DNA of 64,000 nt from Neocallimastix sp. 'constans' (GCA_050613775.1 JBODTK010000126.1:310001-374000); one strand, 5' to 3'; counted from the stretch's first letter, positions 27,801 through 43,815 are shown. Notes: generated by a model from the sequence alone, not told the origin. A program made the numbers and translations.

Positions 27801-30498
27801 AATTTAATAAAATTAATGAACTCTTAAAAGGGTTGGATCGTGCACTCCTAAATAAAGCTGATATTCATTATACTATATATGGAGAAATTGAAGAGGAACG
27901 ATTAAAACCTCAAATAAAAACTCTTTTTGAAATAATTGAAATTCAAATGGAAAAGGCTATTGATCTTTGTCGACGTGCCATCTCCACATCAAAAGAAGAA
28001 AAGGTCAGTAAAAACGAATTTAAAAGGAATAGTATTTCCAATGATCGCCATTCAAAATCAGAGAAATCAAATGATAATAAAGTATTATGGTATAAACTTT
28101 TTATTACATTTGCAAGACAATATTGTCAATACAAGAAATATGTAATAAATAATGAATCCCCTATAATAAAAGAAATAAAAAAAATGGAATTGAATTCTCG
28201 TAAAAAATCTGTTCAAAAAATAATTCGTTTTATTGAAGAAGATAAGATTAAAGATTTAAGTGATTCAAATGGAAGTATAGAAAAAGAAAAGAATTTAAAT
28301 GTGGATAAAATATTTAAACAAAATAGTATTCTTGAAAATAATAAAATTGGCATTAATACAGAGTCAATAAATGAAAAAGGAAATGAAATTGAAAGTAATA
28401 ATAATAATAATGATAATAATACAAATGAAATTAAAATCAATGAAAATCAAAATCAAGATCAAAATCAATATGAAAATGAAAATGTAAATGAAAATGAAAA
28501 TGTAAATGTAAATGTAAATGTAAATGAAAATGAAAATGAAAATGAAAATGTAAATGAAAATGAAAATGTAAATGTAAATGTAAATGTAAATGTAAATGAA
28601 AATGAAAATGAAAATGAAAATGAAAATGAAAATGAAAATGAAAATGAAAATGAAAATGAAAATGAAAATGAAAATGAAAATGAAAATGAAAATGAAAATG
28701 AAAATGAAAATGAAAATGAAAATGAAAATGAAAATGAAAATGAAAATGAAAATGAAAATGAAAATGAAAATGAAAATGAAAATGAAAATGAAAATGAAAA
28801 TGAAAATGAAAATGAAGATGAAGATGAAAATGAAAATATTCCATCTACATCATCCAATTTAACGAAATCACCTAAAACTAATACCGAAAATAATAAATAT
28901 AAATCAAATAAAAATATTATAGTAGACATTTGGAATGATATAAATTTATCAGATACACTTCAAAGCTACTTAAAAACCATATTAAATAGTATGGTTGGTT
29001 ATGTTTCTTTTCCTAAGCTTATTATTAAATTAATTTCAGAGGAAAAGAAAGATGATTCCAAGTATGGAGAATATAAAGAAATTATTTTATTAGTTATTGA
29101 TATGTATAATTATGAATTAAATCTTCTTAAATCAGTGAGTAAAATTACTATGGAGGATATCTCACAAAATACCTATCTATTAAATTATGATCTTCATAAA
29201 GCAATAAAAATGGATGGACATTTCTGTGGTCTCTGTAGGAAAAAATTAATTTCTTCACCACCTTCATCTCAAAATAGAAATCCTCGTAACAGGATTTCTG
29301 ACACGGCAATAAGAAATTTTACCATTGGAAAAAATAATAATTATAAAGAAAGTCAAGAATTAAATCATCTTAAATTGGAAAAAACCGAAATTGAAAATGA
29401 TGAATCTGTTGTTTATTTCTTTTGTGGTCATCTTTTCCATAAAGCTTGTCTCTATGACTATGTCATTAGTCATCATCATTTCTTCAGTAAACTTCATAAA
29501 CTTTCCCAAGATCAAAGCACTGATATGACTGACTCATATGATAATCAAAATAAACAAGAAAATCATAATAGTATCTCTAGTAAAGGAAGTTTGAATGATA
29601 GTTTAAGAGGTCATACTAAAATAGAAAGAAATCCATTTTGGTTAAAATTATGTCCAATTTGTGATGATGATGATAACGATGATGGCAATTTCTCTCAAGG
29701 ACAACAACAATCAAAACTATTAAAGAAGTATCATCAAAAATTACATACAAAAAATAAAAAACTAAAAGCAATTAAAAAAGCCAATCTTTATGATAATTTC
29801 TATCTTCCTCTTACCTTACCATACAATAACTCTCATGAAATGTCTATATCCGAAAGAAAAAAATCTATCTCTTCTACTTCTTCCTCAATTCCATCTCAAA
29901 ATGATAATAAAGTAACTTTGGAACAAAATCTTCAGAAACAAAAGAAAGAAAAATTAGGAATTTTATCATCATTAAAAAATAAATCAAGTTTTACTTTTGA
30001 TAGTGATAATAAAAGTAGTAGTAATATCAGTCATGATCAATCCTCTTCAAGTGCGATTACTGAACTTTCAACTCTTCCACCAAAAAATTATATTAAAAAG
30101 GTATATAAGAAAGAAATTAAAAAAAAAAAAAAATAAAAATAAAAAAATAAATTATCATTATTATTATTATTATTACAATAATAAATTCTAATACTATATA
30201 TTATTTAAAAATTTTTTATCTTATTAATTATTTAATATTATTTATTTATTTATTCATATATATATTATTTATTAATTTATTTATTTATTAATTTATTAAA
30301 TTTTAATATTTCATATAAATAATAGGAAATAAAGGAAGATAATAAAGAGCAACAAATTGTTTCTCTTGATCAATTTGAATTGTTAACTAATTCAGTACCA
30401 AAGGTAATAGTCATTGAATTATTAAAATATAATAATATTAAATTAATTTAAATAATAATAAAAAAGAACAAATTATTAAAATAAAGAAAAATTTTTAA

Positions 30499-30586
<88 letters not shown>

Positions 30587-31508
30587 GAAATAGTAATAAT
30601 AATATCTACTAACTAACTAATTATATTAATAAATGAAATTTTAATAGTATGAAATATTATCTGAAATAGAATATCAACAGGCAAAGGAAACTAGAAATAA
30701 TTTACCTAAGGAAGGAATGAATCAACATCTTAGAAATAAATTGAAATATAAAACTTTGCCAGTAAATGCAACGACCAGTCGATATGAATCATTTAATAAA
30801 GGAAAAGGAAAAGAAAAAGAAAAATATGATGACAATGATTATGATAATGATAATGAAGAAAAAATAAATCAAGAAGAAAATTTCTATCCTACACCAAAAT
30901 TAACACAATCTCCAACCAAAACATCCACACTTCTTCAAATGAAAGATAAAAACCTTTTATCTTCCTCTCCATCCTCCAGTACTATTGTTAATTCTGCTCT
31001 GAAATCAAAATCTACTCCAGTTTTTATGTCTAATGCGGTTAATTTCTTTTCTAGTCTTACTTCTACCATAACTGGTGATAGTGATGATAATAGTAATAGT
31101 AATAGTAATCGTCGTCCTCATCAAACTATCAATCATCAAAATCAATTTACACCTCCCCGTCTTACCGATCCAAATTATGTATTTTCACTTTTAGATACCA
31201 ATAAAATAAATGATACCTATAAGTTAAAATTAGCACCACCATTAACACCACCTTCTTCTTCAACCTTTCTAGAAACACGTAATAATATGCATTCGTATTC
31301 ACATTCCCCACACTATTTTAACTCAAAGAATGGAAATACCCAAACCACGGCTACCATTATTAATGATAGTAATAATAATCCTCCCCCTCTTCTTCAATCA
31401 CCAGTATCCACAACAACACCAACCACAACTGACATCATATCCCCTAATTCACAAAGCTCCAATTTTTCCACGATAAAAAAAGATAAACAAAAGCAACCAT
31501 CATCTTAA
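21857..31508 (+). CDS. VPS8: Vacuolar protein sorting-associated protein 8 (CORVET subunit), about 13 exons
   Basis: LTLDEILKES; FQWTKLRTISEQLYSK...GMPT; WD40 repeats (GMSNGAVLVYD, VASGHQNGKITVWD); SLFSWEERISTLIRSG; alpha-solenoid; split RING (CGLC...FFCGHLFHKAC...CPIC); C-terminal KLKLAPP. The 25076-30136 ORF splices at about 30100 to exons 30326-30402 and 30648-31508. Confidence 0.9.
28441..28838 (+). repeat. Coding hexamer repeat (GAAAAT/GTAAAT)n encoding (NE)/(NV) dipeptides inside VPS8
   Basis: About 400 bp of hexamer units, in frame within the long VPS8 exon. Confidence 0.97.
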
Positions 31509-31558
31509 GAGGGAAACAATAATAACAATAGTAATTATAATAATAATAAAATAAATTA

Positions 31559-31606
<48 letters not shown>

Positions 31607-31734
31607 GCATATATTATAATTTCTTAATAAGTATTTAAAAAAAAAAAAAATAAAAATAACAATAATGATAAAATGTATATATATGTATAGTAAAATGAAT
31701 AAATAACAAGATATAAAAAATATAATGATGAAGC

Positions 31735-31766
<32 letters not shown>

Positions 31767-32344
31767 CAATATTAATTTTAAATAAAATAATAAATACAAT
31801 GAAATTAAAAATTGTATTTAATTAAAAAAAAAAAAAAAAAAAAAAAAATGAAAAAAATAAAATAAGATTATATAAAAAATATATATGATCATGTATTATT
31901 TAATAAAAGTTTTAGATATTTATTTAAAAATGTTAAGAGTATTATTTTGATCATTTGTCTTAGTATTGACCAAAGTTAGCAATTACATTACTAAAATTTT
32001 TATTTTTATTATGATTTATGAATATATGTAGGAGAAAATAAAATTATATAAATAAACATTAATTATTAATCATTACTAATAAATGAAATAGTAAATAAGG
32101 TTATGAGTGTTTCTCTCATAAAAGGATTGATAATAATTCTTTAATCTTTTTCTAAAGCACAAATATAAAATAGATATATAAAATTAAATTAATAAATTAA
32201 AGAATATATAAATTCAAAAAAAAAAAGGAAAAATATATATTACATTTGTTTTATACAAATATAAATAAATTATTTTCTATTAAATTAATTCAATTTTATA
32301 ATTAATTAAAATTTTATTTTAGAGAATGGATGATACATTTTAAA

Positions 32345-32376
<32 letters not shown>

Positions 32377-32467
32377 TAAAAAAAAATTTATTATATTATA
32401 ACCAATAATATTGATATATTGATATTTAACAAATATAAATATTAAATCTTTTAAAAATATATTTATA

Positions 32468-32625
<158 letters not shown>

Positions 32626-32674
32626 AATTATCTTATTAAATTAATTTAGATATAAGTTTAAATAAATTTTTCTT

Positions 32675-33037
32675 GTTTTATAGTATTAGCCTGATATTAT
32701 TAAACAATTAGTTATTTCTATTATTATTATAATTTAACTCTTAATTTTACATGAATAAAATAATTTTAACATTATAATAATTCTTTAATTCGATTTAAAT
32801 ATTGTTAAGATAACTTCTTAAATATATTTGTAATCTAATAATTTTCCCAAAAAAACTAAATATTTAATATTATTACACAATTAATAATAGGATGAATCTA
32901 AGATATATCTTATAACATATGATGGAAACCTTTCTCTTGAAAGGTAATATTATACCATCTTAATTTGTGAATACCTCTTCTATATTGGATTTTACCTCGT
33001 TTTCAATTATAACTCTCTGTGAAGATCAGAGCTAACA
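32675..33037 (+). repeat. Dispersed repeat family A, copy
   Basis: Collinear with 48460-48820, including tgatggaaacctttctcttgaa, attataccatct.aatttgtg and tgaaga...gctaac. Confidence 0.85.
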
Positions 33038-34384
33038 ATATATACATATATATATATATATATGTATATATATATTCTCTTTGTAGTTATAGTGATAAAT
33101 ATTAAAATAAATCACTAATTATATACATTAATTATGTTACAATATTTTCAATACATAGTTTTCATTTATTTCACATATTCTAACAATTAGCATCAATAAA
33201 AAAAAATAATAATAAGATATAAATATATTAATGTTAAAACAATTATTTAAAAAGAATAACAATAACTTTTCTTTAATCCTTCTGTTATCATTACTCTTAT
33301 TTTTATTATAAAATTTTTTGTAAAAAAATTTTTTTTATCTCGAATATTCTTTTTCTTTGATATATTGTATTTATGATGGTTACATGAAATATTTAATAAT
33401 GTAATAAAAGATTTTAATTTTTAATATACAAAATACATTATTTTAAATTACAATTATTTAATAATATTAAGATTATAGATGGAATATTTTAAACTAAAAA
33501 TATAAATTCAAAGAAAAAAAAGTTTAAAAAAATTATATATAATTGGTGAAATTTTTTTATATTATTATTAAATTTTCCTCATCCTTTCTATCTTCAATTA
33601 TTATGAACTTAATTCTTAATATTAATATGTTTCCAATTCCTTTTTTTTTTTTTTTATTTTATTATTTTTTTTTTTTTTTTTTTTTACAATGTATATATAT
33701 ATATATATTTATATTAAAAAATACAAGTTCACCTGAAACTATTATGTATATTAAATAAAATTATATAATGATTATTACTATTTATTTAAAAAAAAATAAA
33801 TACGTTTAAAAGTTTTTTTTTTTTTTTTTTATTAATATAAATAATAATTTTTATATGTATAATATATATTATATATATATAATTTAATGCTATAAAATGT
33901 TTATAAAATGATTACTAAATAAAATTTTTTAAAATGATAAAAAAACAATTAAAAATTTTTGATATAAAAATAAAAATTAAAATCGATACAAAATAAAATA
34001 TTTAAATATTAAATGAAATATAATATTTATTTTAAAAATTTTATAAATATAAAACTGTAAACTAATATATATAATTAAATTTTTAAAAATATTTAAATAA
34101 AAATATTCTTTTCATGTCATTCTTAATTATGCCATGTCAAACGAAAATATATATATAAATAAAAATAATTAAATAAAATTAAATATAATTTAAATAATAA
34201 AAATTATTTTTAATCATTACTTTTTTTTATATTCACTAGAATAATATATGATTTAATAATAATAGTATATTCTAATTATTGAATTAAATATATATATATA
34301 ATTTTTTTTTTCTTTTTTGTTTTCCCCCTTTTTTTTTCTTTTTCCTTAATTTTAGATTATATGTCTTTTTTTTTTTAATTGTTT

Positions 34385-34424
<40 letters not shown>

Positions 34425-34584
34425 ATATATATATATAACTATGACATTTCATTTTTTTTTTTTTTTAATTATTATTTAAAAATTTTTTTTAAAAAAAAAA
34501 ATCAATGATATAAAATCTTATTACTCTATTAAAACTTTAAGGCTTAAAATATTTATTTTGTAAATATAATTCTGTTAATAAAAT

Positions 34585-36928
34585 TCATTTTTTCATAACG
34601 TCAAGTTCATTCGTTGCCTGCAATGCAAATGTTGATGGAAGAGCTGCGGTAGCAACAAGTGTAGTTTCTGGTTTAACTGCAGCTGGGGCTGCTTGAGCCA
34701 TTTGTGTGGATAATTGAATAGAATTAATTATACTAGTTTTTTGACTTAATTCATTTATAGTATTATTTAAGGTAGCAGCATCATCATCTTTAATTGAGCC
34801 AAGAGTAGCAGTTAAATCAATAGTAGTAGTAGCAGTTGGATCCAATTTTATGACAGGTGTAAGTTCGGCAGCTTTAGCCTCAGCAGTTTGAACTTGACTA
34901 ACAATTTCTGGAGGAGCTTGAACAGCTTCTATATTAATAATTGTTGGATTCTTGGTAGTATCACTGATACTTTCTAATGTTTCAATATTATTTGCAACAA
35001 TAGTACTTGAATTTGTATTACTTATATCATCTTCATTTAAAGCAGTATTCGTTATAAAATGGTTATTTTCGATAGCTTGAATAGCATTTACAGCGTTGAC
35101 TGCATTAACGGCATTAACAGCATTAACAGCGTTAACAGCACCAACAGGACCAACTGTTCCAACAGGACCAACTGTTCCGACAGCTCCAACAGCTCCAACT
35201 GGTCCTACTGCACCAACGGTATTAGCAATAGTATGATTCAATGGATCTTTAATAATAGTATCTACAACTGGTGTAGCTTCTTCAGTTTGAGCTTTACTTA
35301 AATTATCAGTAGCCATTATATTACCAGAATTCATCATACTTTGAACATTTTCATTACCATTACTTGGAATAGATGGTGAAGATGTAGTAGCATTTTTATT
35401 ATTATCTGGATCAAAGAATTCAATAATTGTGGTTAAAATTTCAATAATTCTTTTTTGATATTCTGTGGTATTTTTGCAATTTTTAAACCAAATATCATGT
35501 AAAAATTGTGGAACAACTCTCTTTAATAAATTAATATTATTAGAGTAATTATTACCGTCTACCTTATCCTTTGGTAAAAATTGTTCAATGTATTGAATCT
35601 TTAGGAAATCTACTTGTTCTTGTAAATCTTTAATTTCATTTTTTAAAAATTGTGTTTCATCAAAAGTATATTGATTAGGATACGCAATTCCCTCCATAGC
35701 AACTCTAATACGTTTATTACTTTGATCATCTTGAAGAGATGATTTTCTTTTAAATTGATCTTCTTGATATAATGGCATAGACTTCGATGTTAAATTTGCC
35801 ATGGTTTGTAAAGTTGGTGAACCAGAACCATTATTATCTTTACGAATTGCACCAGTAATTGTATCACCTCCATTAATTACTGGCATTCCTTGAGAATTAA
35901 ACTTACCTCCCATTGTATTCTTTTGATAGGACTGAAATAGTAGCTTTGGATATAAATTATTATAATTTTGTTGTGGTTGAATTGGCATAAAGTTTGAAGA
36001 ATTGACATTACCACCAGTGGTAGTAATGTCTTGTAAAGAATTGGAAGTTGAAGAACCATTAATGGATGAAGTTGAAGAATTATTTTGTCTAGCCTATTTT
36101 ATTTTATTTTAATTTTTATTTATTTATTTTTTTATCATTTAATTTAAATTTTAATTTATAAAAATTTTTTTAACTAATTATTTAATATATAAAAACTATC
36201 TATTTTCCCCTTTTATTTAATTTTTTTATTTCTTTCTTAATCATAATACTAATTATATTTTTTATTTATTTCTTAATTTTAACATTTATAATTTAAAATA
36301 TATTAATATATTATATAATGATTTAAATACAATAGTCTTTTATTCATCTTTTATATATTTAATTTTTTTAACTTCATATATTAAATTGATAAATTTATTT
36401 TATTTTTCATTTATCCAAAAATATAAATTTTTTCTATTATATCTTAATTTAATAATATATTCTATATTAAACTTTAAATATTTTTAATTGTCCTTTAATA
36501 CTAAATTCCTATACCCTAATCAACCTTTAAAAATTTACAATCAACCTTTAAAAATTTACATTTGATCCTTTAATTTAATACTATTACTATTCCTTTCTTG
36601 AAAGTTTTATTTATTATTTTTTTCCATTCATTCTTAAAAAAATATAACATATATTATAAAATAAAAATGTATATACCTTATCATGCTTTATATCTTTTTT
36701 ATCTTTTCCATCTTTTATTTTTCTAGTACTTCTATAACGTTCATACTCGCATTCAAGATTATGCTTTGGATGTAAAGTATCATTATGTTCATGATACCAT
36801 AAGGCACCTTGGGATGAAACAGAAGAACGAGTAAATTCAGTAGAATGACGAAGCTTACATCCACATGTATGTCTACATAAATAGTTTTTTATTCCTCCTT
36901 GACTTGATGATGATTCTAATGTTGACAT
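34585..36928 (-). CDS. Uncharacterised protein: Cys/His-rich C2H2-like head, short coiled coil, low-complexity tail (possible transcription factor); 2 coding exons
   Basis: Exon 1 runs from 36928 to about 36677 (donor GATAAG|GTATAT). Exon 2 starts at 36093 (AATAG|GCT), in frame with the 467-aa ORF (105 nt = 35 codons upstream of it). An acceptor at about 36944 suggests a further upstream exon. Confidence 0.75.
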
Positions 36929-39900
36929 TGTCTGTCTTATGACCTATTAATATATTTAATTATCTTCTATTTTTAAATCATATATATTTGAATATAGAAT
37001 TGATTATATTATAAAAAATTATTAAAACAATATGTTAGATTACAAGCTAAAAAAAAAAAATAATTTATATTATATTTAATAATCATAATATTTAATAAAA
37101 AAACAATGTAAAACGTAATATATAAGGTTTAATAATTTTTTTTCTTTTCTTTTTTTTTTTTTTTGGTATTAACATTCAATATACAACATAATATTTATAT
37201 GATTGCAATATAAATTGATATTTTATATTTAGTTTTAATTTTTAAAATCTATTAAAAGAACATATTAATGTTTTTATCACTATTATTAAAATAAAATTTT
37301 GTTGTAATATAATGTTAACATCAAAATAATATTTTTTAAAATATTTCGTACAATTTTATATATATTTATATTAATTTCTATTATTGTAAACGTAAACAGA
37401 ATTTATATTGTATCAAAATATTGATATAAAAATGACCTAATAAAGTTTTAAGAAAATTTATATAAATTTTACAAATAATTTTTATAATTATTATTTACTT
37501 ATATCCTAATTTTTACAATAAGTTTTATTAAATAAACGATTATATAATAGAGCTTCTCTTCATATTATTTTATTGAATAATATATAAAAAATATATATAT
37601 AACTGTTATATTACTGTAATATTTTTAAAAACATTGAAATGAACACTAGTATTATTACTAAACTAAAAAAATAAATAAAATTAATTACAAATATAAAAAA
37701 ACTCTAATATTTTAAATATAAATTTCGTTCTTTTCATAAATTGAAGATATAATTTTTATTTATTAAATTTCTTTTTGTACTTCTAAATATAAGAATATAA
37801 CTTTCAAATTTTTTTAATTCTGTACTTCTTCATTCATTTCTATATTTTTTGGAATATTTTTTAAGGTTTTTCTTATTTATTAAATACCTATATTAAATTA
37901 CTCTTTTGATTTAAAAAATATATGAAGAAAAGAAATACTTTGATATGATAATATTTTCAATATTATTTGTCTTGATATAATATATAAAATAATTTACACT
38001 TTATTGTGTCAAATAGTTTTATTTTTACTCTTTTTATTGATATTATTTTATTATTACTATATAAAATATCTTTTTATATATTTTAAATCAGTAAAATACA
38101 CAATAAAATAAAAATATATATATACTAACTTTACTAAAAAAATTATTAAAAAAAAAGAAAAAAAAAAATTATATTTTTTTTATTCAATTGGACTGATTAA
38201 TTTTTTTAAAAAAAAAAAAATTAATATTGAATAGATTAAAAAATGAAGAAACAAATCATATAAAAAATTATATAATAGTATTGAATTATAAATTATAACT
38301 AAATATAAAATTTAAAAAAAAAAATTTTTTTTAATTCAATAATTGAAAATTATTTATTTATTTTTATTTATTTATTTTTATTTATTTATTTTTATTTATT
38401 TATATTTATATTTATTTATATTTATTTATATTTATATTTAAATTTATTTTTATTTTTATTTATTTTTATTTATTCATTTTTTTGTTCATTATTATTTATT
38501 CATTTTTATTTATTTATTTATTTATTTTTATTTACTTATTTTTATTTAATTAATTGATTAATTAATTAATTATTTATTTATTTATTTAGTAATTTTTTTA
38601 TTTAGTTATTTATTTATTTTTAATATGTATTTATTTAATTTAAATAATTTGCTCGTTATTTATTGAATACTTTAAATTAAAACATTCTATTGTATAAATA
38701 ATAATACATATTAAAATATAATCTAATATATTTATAATTGAAATTTTTTAATTTTTTTTTTTGATAATATGAAATAATAATAATTAATTATAGAAGTAAA
38801 TATTTATAAATTTTTTATTATTATTTAAAACAGACCATTTAATTTATAAATTACATTAAATATATTACATTTTTTAATTTTATCTACATATTATATTACA
38901 TTAAATATATTACATATAATATTATTACTACATATTATATTACAATTTTAATTACAATATATTACATTAATATCATAGATAATATTAATTATTAAACATT
39001 AAAAAAAAAGGCTATTAAATGTAAATACATTACAATCAAATATATTACATTAATATATCAATTATATTACATTTTCTATTAAATTCATATTTTATTCAAT
39101 AATTGTTATTTAAACGTAATGAAAATAAGCTTATTTATATTAAATTAATATATTACAATATATTCTGTATCATATTATGTAATATATTATAATTATATTA
39201 AAATATACACTGTTTATAATTTTTTCCTTTATAATTTTTATAAATATTATAAATTAATTTATTAGAAATATATTTTAATATATGTACGTTATAATTTTCA
39301 ATTCAAAAAATTATATATAAAAGTAAATAAATAAAAATAAAGTAATTAAATAAATTATTATATTAATAAATAGATAGATAAAAAAATAAATAAATAAATA
39401 AATTAGTAAATAAATAAATAAATAAAAAAATAAAATTAAAAAATTAATAATATATATAAATAATTAAATTGAATAAAGTTAAAATTTCAAATAATTGGAA
39501 AATTTTGATAGTTATAAAAAAGATCATATTTTTAATTATAGGAAAGAGTTTCAAAAACTATGAGTTTTTATTTAAAAATTTTTATTAGGATTTAGTCGTA
39601 ATAAATATAAGCAATTTTGAAAGGATGAAAAGAAGACAATGTATAGTAATATTAAAAAAATTAATAAATATGTTTTAGACAATTTCGAAAAATATTAAAA
39701 AAATCAATTTTTTTTAATTCATTCAAATAAAAAAGTGAAGGACTAATGCTGCTATTGTAAATATATGTAACCTGCACATTTGCAATTTAAAAAAAAATAA
39801 TAAAAAAATAAGTTCAAACTTAATATTGAAGAAAGATAATAAGATGTAATTAATACGGGAGAATCTTTCATTGGCTGTTTTGAAATTATTATGATTTTCT

Positions 39901-40639
39901 AGATTATTAATTTAATCGATTGGAATAAATATTTTTTTATTTATTTATTTGTTTGTTTGTTTATTTATTTATTATTTATTATTTATTTATTTATTATTTA
40001 TTTATTTAGTTTTTTATTTAATTTATTATTTATTAATTTATAATTTTATAATTTTTTTTTGTCTAAATACAAAATATATTTATAAACTTTGAAGTAATTT
40101 TTAAATAATAATAATTGTGTTAAGTATTTTTTTTTTGGATTCTTTAAAAAAGTTGTATTTAAAAACTTACCATAACAGTTAAAGATATCTTATTTGTCTA
40201 TCTCCTTTTTCTTTTATTTTTTAAAGATTAGGTAGGCTCTTTATGTATTTAACTTAAAAAAGAAATAAAACAATAGAAGAATTAAATATTTCTTATTAAA
40301 TAATTAAACTAATTTTGTTAGAATAGTTAACATTCAAATAATTATTATTTAATAACAATTAAGGATAATTATTAAAATATTTGAATCACATTAAATAATG
40401 TTATTTTTATTTAAATTATTCAATATTATAATTATTTCTCTTAAACTTATTTTTATTGAGAAATTACTTTTATTTAATAGTTTTTATTCATGCCAATTTT
40501 ATAATCATTATTCAATGTTATGGATTATTTTATGATTATTTTAATTTTATATTATAAAAGTAATAAAAATTATTTAAATTATTTATATTAATATAATGAT
40601 AAAGTTTTCAATCAGAATAATTAATTATTTAATTATTTA

Positions 40640-40922
<283 letters not shown>

Positions 40923-41787
40923 TTATTATTCTAATTCCTATTGAGATATATACTTCAAATATATTAATTTGAAGTATTATTTGTTGAAAGCCCATCATAA
41001 TTTTAAATTAATGAAAAAATAGATTTAAATCAATTTTAATTTCTTATTAATATCAATTAATTATTTTTGTTTCAATAAATATATAATTCATATATAATAA
41101 AAATAAATTATTTTTGTAAATCACTAGTATATTAGAATATATTAATTCCATAATAGGTAAACAAAAAAATAATAGAATTATTAGTATTTTTTTATTAAAT
41201 AAATTGAAATATAAAAATCTATATTAAATAGCTTCAAATATGGACCTTTTTTTTTTTTTTTTGGATTTTTCTTTTTTCCTTAGATATAAAAATATATTAC
41301 TATATAAAAGAAAAGTATTACTATATACTTAATCTTGTTTATTATCTAAATAATTAAATTTTTAGAAAGGACGGATATTTATTTTTAATAATGCTAATGA
41401 ATTAGTATCTTTAAAAAAAAAAAAAAAAAAAAAGATTATTTAAATAAAAATAGTTATAAATAATACAGAAAAAATAATAAATATACATATGTTTTCATTT
41501 TTATACTAGTTAAAATTTTGAATTCTCTATTTTTAAAAGATTTGTTTATTTTTCCTTTAATTCAGATTAATCCAATTTTTTGTAAATAGTTCCCACACCA
41601 TCAAAAAACATCAAATAAAAAAAAAAGATGATTTTAAAAATATTTTTATTTTTATATCATTATTTTTTTTTTTGCATTTTTTGTTTAAAATTTTTTATAA
41701 AATTTAATATTGTAATAGTCAATATTAAATTTAAATGCCGCTAAATTCATGGGTCTATGAAATATAAAATTAAATGATTAAGTGTAT

Positions 41788-41862
<75 letters not shown>

Positions 41863-43495
41863 TTCTTATTTACTTATTTATTTTACTTTATTTACTTATT
41901 TAAATTTATATAAATGAATAATTAATATAAATATTTTGCGGTTAATCTTTTTCTAAAAATAAATATTTATATATATTGATTATATTTATTTATTTATTTA
42001 TTTATTTATTTATATTAAATTTATTTATTTATTTTTCACAACCAGCATTATACTATAAAATATTTAATTTATATATAACTATTACTATATAGTATATAAT
42101 AATTATAGATATATAAGTACTCTATATTTAATTATGAAAATTCATAATTTATTTTTAATGATTATCTGGAGAAAAAAAAATTTTAAAATTAAAAAAAAAA
42201 TATATGTAAATATAAATATGAGCCATCAATTGAAATTACATATATAATTATATATTTTAAATCAATTATAATTTATATACTCAAATAAATATTGATAATT
42301 TTTTAAAAAAAAATAACCTTTTTTAACAATTAAGCTTTCGTTATGAAAGGACATCAGTAATTTAAATTAAAATGATTTTTTATTATATGGATTCAATATA
42401 TATATAATATATGTAAAATTAAAATTGAAATTTAAAAAAAAAAAAAAAAAAAGACAAAAAAAATATTATAAAAAAAATTAATAATAAAATAAAAATATAA
42501 GACAGTTTTAGAAAATTTAGTTTAAATGCTTGGTCTATTCAATAAAAAATAATATATTTTAATTAAATTATTTAAAATGATTTTTTGCTTTTTATTTATT
42601 ATTAATTATAACTTATTGCTTATAAATAAATACTAAATAAGCAATAACTTATTACTTTTTTACATAATTATTTATGTATTATTTGTTATTTATTTGATTA
42701 ACACTTATTTATTCATTTATTTATTATTATTTATTATTTTGATTGTGATTAGCAAAAATAGCATCAAATAAAACTTTAAAAAGGACATTACAGAAAAATA
42801 TATAACCTCATTATTAAGATTTTGTTATATTATCTAACTATTATTCAAATTAATATTAAATAATTAAAATATATTTAAAATTTTCAAATTTAAGAAAAAA
42901 AATATATCATTATTAATTATTTATAATCGGCAAAATAAAAATAATTCCAGTATGAGGTATTTTAGCTGGGATAATAAATAATTTAAATAATATAATAATA
43001 AATGTTTGATATATTGATTATTTTACAATACATATAGATAAATTTGATTGTATTGTATTGTATTATATTATGTATTTTACTGTATAATATAATGTATTAT
43101 ATAATAGATTATGTATTGTATTATAATTATTTATTTATTATTTATATATCACTAAATAATTTTTTTATTATAATATTGTACAATGTAATATATTGTACAA
43201 TATTAAAATTATATGTTATATTGTTTAATCTATTGATTTTAAAAATATTTAGTCATTATTATATCATTATTTTCAACTGAATAACTATTTGTTACAATTT
43301 ATCAAATAATGTACAAAAAAATGATTTTCATATATTTGATTGGATGGATTTTTTGTAGTAATTCTATTAAAAATAACTATGATATAATTAATAATATTAT
43401 TAATTAACATTAATTATTAGTAAATATTATTAAGTAAATATTAATTTTATTATTGCTATCAATAACCTTTCTATTATTATTATTATTATTATTAT

Positions 43496-43815
43496 TGTTA
43501 GCTTTATTAAATTTAGATCTATAATAATATTCCTCATGGAATATGGTATACAAGGGAAATAAGTGTATGATCTATCTTTCAGCTTTAAATAAGTAATAAA
43601 GTCACATGTTACTACATGCGTTTTCCATAACATAGAATAAATTAAAAATTAATTAAATAAATATTAAAAGATAATTAACATAGATTTATACAAGACGATA
43701 GATCATAATACATTTAAGTAATCATTAAATATAAATAAATAAATACACATAAATATAAATAAATACTATAAATAAATAAATTAAATATATAGTTAAATTA
43801 TTAGTGCAGTCAACA
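43496..43815 (-). repeat. 3' LTR (320 bp, TGTT...AACA termini)
   Basis: Begins TGTTAGC and ends GTCAACA on the + strand; directly abuts the PPT. Confidence 0.95.

Noticed and set aside
28213..28929. ORFs encoding poly-(HF), poly-(SF) and poly-(MK)
   Set aside because: Alternative frames of the GAAAAT repeat inside VPS8, not independent genes.
39860..39925. Paired ATTGG boxes as a distal promoter of the orphan gene
   Set aside because: Plausible, but 3 kb from the ATG and unsupported without transcript data.
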